IMG/VR virus record: IMGVR_UViG_3300021599_002318
Span: 51,219 to 71,218 of that record
DNA: 20,000 nucleotides
From: an uncultured virus (IMG/VR IMGVR_UViG_3300021599_002318)
Taxonomy: Duplodnaviria; Heunggongvirae; Uroviricota; Caudoviricetes
Strand: one strand, 5' to 3'
Positions 18,201-20,000 of the stretch are shown here, piece after piece. Made by a program: the position numbers and the translations under genes. The notes beneath the pieces were generated by a model. The model had not been told where the DNA came from, did not search any database, and saw nothing but the letters and a program-made list of their open reading frames with translations. How positions within the stretch are numbered: the stretch's first letter is position 1; each line of letters starts with the position of its first letter.

Positions 18201-20000
18201 CGACAGGAGCATTGACATTATATGTGTTGGAAATAAACGGAACAGGAACATTCAATAGTTGGACAACCAATTTGGATGGTGCAACAGGTGGAAACGGTTC
18301 ATCTGGAACTTCAGGTTCATCTGGAACTTCAGGTTCTTCTGGAACATCAGGTTCTTCCGGAACTTCAGGCTCGAGTGGTTCTTCAGGTTCTTCCGGAACA
18401 AGTGGAACATCTGGCTCTTCAGGGACATCAGGTTCAAGCGGTTCTTCAGGTTCTTCTGGAACAAGTGGAACATCAGGTTCTTCTGGAACAAGTGGAACAT
18501 CAGGCTCATCTGGTTCAAGCGGTTCATCAGGGACCTCAGGAACAAACGGAACATCGGGAACAAGTGGAACATCAGGTTCGTCAGGTTCAAGTGGTTCATC
18601 AGGAACAAGCGGAACATCTGGCTCTTCAGGGACATCAGGTTCAAGTGGTAGCTCAGGTTCATCAGGAACCTCTGGAACAAATGGAACTTCTGGGACATCA
18701 GGAACAAGTGGAACTTCAGGTTCTTCGGGTAGCTCAGGTTCATCAGGCACAAGTGGAACATCTGGTTCATCTGGAACATCAGGAACATCTGGTTCGAGTG
18801 GAAGTTCAGGTTCTTCAGGAACATCTGGAACAAATGGAACTTCTGGAACTAGCGGAACTTCAGGTTCTTCAGGTTCAAGTGGTTCATCTGGAACTAGCGG
18901 AACATCAGGTTCTTCAGGTTCTTCGGGAACGAGCGGAACTTCAGGTTCTTCAGGTTCAAGTGGTTCATCTGGGACTTCTGGAACAAACGGAACATCGGGA
19001 ACAAGCGGAACATCTGGCTCTAGTGGCTCATCTGGTTCATCGGGAACAAGTGGAACTTCAGGTTCTTCAGGGACATCAGGTTCTTCGGGTAGCTCAGGTT
19101 CGAGCGGAACATCTGGCACAAATGGTACATCTGGAACTAGCGGAACATCAGGTTCTTCTGGTAGTTCAGGTTCATCGGGCACAAGTGGAACATCAGGCTC
19201 CTCTGGTACTAGTGGAACATCTGGTTCAAGCGGTTCAAGTGGTTCATCAGGAACATCTGGAACGAACGGAACATCTGGAACAAGTGGAACATCTGGTTCA
19301 AGTGGTTCATCTGGCTCTTCTGGAACAAGCGGAACATCAGGTTCATCTGGAACCTCAGGCTCAAGTGGTTCCTCAGGCTCTTCTGGAACAAGTGGAACAA
19401 ACGGAACATCTGGAACTAGCGGAACTTCAGGTTCTTCAGGAAGCTCAGGTTCTTCTGGAACGTCTGGAACATCGGGTTCATCGGGAACAAGTGGAACATC
19501 TGGTTCAAGTGGAAGTTCAGGTTCAAGCGGAACATCTGGAACAAACGGAACATCTGGAACTAGCGGAACTTCAGGTTCTTCGGGAAGTTCAGGTTCGAGT
19601 GGAACTAGCGGAACTTCAGGTTCTTCAGGTAGTTCAGGGACAAGCGGAACTTCGGGTTCTTCAGGTAGTTCAGGTTCAAGTGGAACTGACGGAACATCAG
19701 GAACAAGCGGAACATCAGGTTCTTCAGGTTCGAGTGGTTCATCAGGAACAAGTGGAACATCGGGCTCTTCTGGAACAAGCGGAACATCAGGTTCTTCGGG
19801 AAGTTCAGGCTCAAGCGGAACATCTGGAACAAATGGAACATCTGGAACATCAGGTTCATCAGGTTCAAGTGGTTCATCAGGAACAAGTGGAACATCAGGT
19901 TCATCAGGGACAAGTGGAACATCTGGCTCATCTGGTTCAAGTGGTTCGTCAGGAACTTCTGGAACTAATGGAACATCTGGAACAAGCGGAACATCAGGTT
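15278..20000 (+). CDS. Giant Gly-X-Y (collagen-like) Ser/Thr-rich fibre protein, 3'-partial (>1574 aa)
   Basis: Translated by hand in frame +2: MATTRITDLPIVLSAAPDDRLYIVTDYTGGTSGTSGQITFSALTESITG, then (GTS/GSS/GID/GTD/GTN)n. No stop was seen to the window end, which explains its absence from the ORF track. The antisense P-x-x ORFs in the track mirror the same register. Confidence 0.95.
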   Translation, partial: MATTRITDLPIVLSAAPDDRLYIVTDYTGGTSGTSGQITFSALTESITGGTSGTSGTSGSSGSSGIDGTSGSSGINGTSGSSGTSGVDGTSGTSGLDGTSGSSGTSGIDGTSGTSGIDGTSGTSGLDGTSGTSGSSGTSGIDGTSGTSGVDGTSGSSGIDGTSGTSGIDGTSGTSGIDGTSGTSGLDGTSGSSGTSGLDGTSGTSGIDGTSGTSGIDGTSGSSGSSGSSGTDGSSGTSGTSGSSGSSGTDGTSGTSGIDGTSGTSGIDGTSGTSGIDGTSGTSGISGTSGSSGSSGTSGTSGSSGTSGIDGTSGSSGTSGIDGTSGTSGIDGTSGTSGLDGTSGTSGIDGTSGSSGTSGIDGTSGTSGIDGTSGTSGTSGSSGSSGTSGMDGTSGTSGTSGSSGSSGSSGTSGTSGSSGSSGTDGSSGTSGTSGSSGSSGTDGSSGTSGTSGSSGSSGSSGSSGTDGSSGTSGIDGTSGTSGTSGSSGSSGTSGTSGSSGTSGTDGTSGTSGTSGSSGSSGTDGTSGTSGTSGSSGSSGTSGTSGSSGSSGSSGSSGTDGSSGTSGTSGSSGSSGSSGTSGTSGSSGSSGSSGSSGTSGSSGTSGIDGTSGSSGSSGTDGTSGSSGSSGLSGVNGTSGTSGSSGTSGSSGTSPFKGAYVSGTTYMDGDMVIDGLFSYQSTINNNTNEPSSLSGWILLNGLDGSSGSSGTSGSSGISGTDGTSGTSGTSGSSGSSGSSGTSGTSGSSGTSGSSGSSGSSGTSGTDGTSGTSGTSGSSGSSGSSGTSGTSGSSGTSGSSGSSGSSGTSGTNGTSGTSGTSGSSGSSGSSGTSGTSGSSGSSGTSGTSGSSGSSGSSGTSGTDGTSGTSGTSGSSGSSGSSGTSGTSGSSGTSGTSGSSGSSGSSGTSGTNGTSGTSGISAQYSGTSTTSIDLSTLTLSANTSLTTSTGLSYTIAQHLIVSNSLANHFHGDVVSYDSSTGALTLYVLEINGTGTFNSWTTNLDGATGGNGSSGTSGSSGTSGSSGTSGSSGTSGSSGSSGSSGTSGTSGSSGTSGSSGSSGSSGTSGTSGSSGTSGTSGSSGSSGSSGTSGTNGTSGTSGTSGSSGSSGSSGTSGTSGSSGTSGSSGSSGSSGTSGTNGTSGTSGTSGTSGSSGSSGSSGTSGTSGSSGTSGTSGSSGSSGSSGTSGTNGTSGTSGTSGSSGSSGSSGTSGTSGSSGSSGTSGTSGSSGSSGSSGTSGTNGTSGTSGTSGSSGSSGSSGTSGTSGSSGTSGSSGSSGSSGTSGTNGTSGTSGTSGSSGSSGSSGTSGTSGSSGTSGTSGSSGSSGSSGTSGTNGTSGTSGTSGSSGSSGSSGTSGTSGSSGTSGSSGSSGSSGTSGTNGTSGTSGTSGSSGSSGSSGTSGTSGSSGTSGTSGSSGSSGSSGTSGTNGTSGTSGTSGSSGSSGSSGTSGTSGSSGSSGTSGTSGSSGSSGSSGTDGTSGTSGTSGSSGSSGSSGTSGTSGSSGTSGTSGSSGSSGSSGTSGTNGTSGTSGSSGSSGSSGTSGTSGSSGTSGTSGSSGSSGSSGTSGTNGTSGTSGTSG
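15425..17233 (+). repeat. Gly-X-Y block 1: 201 uninterrupted triplets (GTS, GSS, GID/GLD/GVD, GTD)
   Basis: 1809 nt = 201 x 9 nt, with Gly at every third codon. Confidence 0.9.
17234..17371 (+). other. CBM5/12 (ChtBD3)-like module inside the collagen-like protein
   Basis: PFKGAYVSGTTYMDGDMVIDGLFSYQSTINNNTNEPSSLSGWILLN fits the pattern aW/Y-x-sgttY-x2-GD-x-V-x4-Y...eP...W. Confidence 0.6.
17372..18028 (+). repeat. Gly-X-Y block 2: 73 triplets
   Basis: 657 nt = 73 x 9 nt; GTS/GSS with periodic GTD/GTN. Confidence 0.9.
18029..18277 (+). other. ~83 aa beta-rich globular insert inside the collagen-like protein
   Basis: AQYSGTSTTSIDLSTLTLSANTSLTTSTGLSYTIAQHLIVSNSLANHFHGDVVSYDSSTGALTLYVLEINGTGTFNSWTTNLD, in frame between Gly-X-Y blocks. 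Confidence 0.75.
18278..20000 (+). repeat. Gly-X-Y block 3: >191 triplets, continuing past the window end
   Basis: After GAT-GGN the block is only GTS/GSS with periodic GTN (one GTD). Confidence 0.9.

Noticed and set aside
15355..19182. Long minus-strand Pro-Glu/Asp-Val ORFs (628, 281 and 330 aa)
   Set aside because: These are antisense shadows of the GGN-ACN/TCN repeat, where Gly codons read as Pro. They break at the non-repetitive inserts, whereas the + frame reads straight through and has a proper start.
16296..19940. Alternative-frame ORFs (ELVEHQV..., MFHLFQ..., WNIRFFW...)
   Set aside because: These are off-frame translations of the 9-nt periodic repeat, which is low in stop codons by construction.
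15425..20000. Possible CRISPR array or non-coding satellite
   Set aside because: There is no constant repeat with unique spacers. Variation is concentrated at synonymous positions, which indicates protein coding.
1..20000. Stop-codon reassignment, as seen in some large phages
   Set aside because: Genes tile the window almost completely under the standard code, and TGA acts as a stop at 6194 and 13679. TAG is not used as a stop here, but no gene needs it read through.
1..20000. Cellular Bacteroidota adhesin locus or eukaryotic collagen/mucin gene
   Set aside because: No signal peptides, T9SS C-terminal domains or introns are evident. The baseplate wedge-like KGT motif and compact overlapping layout fit a phage. 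A prophage or tailocin-like origin cannot be fully excluded from this window.

Overview
This AT-rich window holds ten co-directional (+ strand), tightly packed or overlapping CDSs. It reads as the baseplate/tail-fibre (virion structural) module of a large tailed phage, probably a myovirus. A Bacteroidota host is inferred from SprB-type repeats and the absence of Shine-Dalgarno sites. Recognisable parts include a P2 gpI/T4 gp7-like baseplate wedge motif, a PKD-like domain, a 7x SprB-repeat protein and a Thr-Pro mucin-like stalk protein. The most striking feature is missing from the ORF track because it runs off the window: a >1574 aa ORF (15278..>20000) with more than 465 perfect Gly-X-Y triplets that contain no Pro and are almost all Ser/Thr. 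Two small globular domains interrupt these triplets, and a 15-17 triplet Thr/Ser 'barcode' super-repeat is conserved at protein level despite heavy synonymous divergence. A TATTTAT(A/T) motif sits in each of the three intergenic gaps longer than 20 nt. Family assignments come from motifs recognised by eye, not from database searches. No RNA genes, CRISPR arrays or mobile elements were seen.
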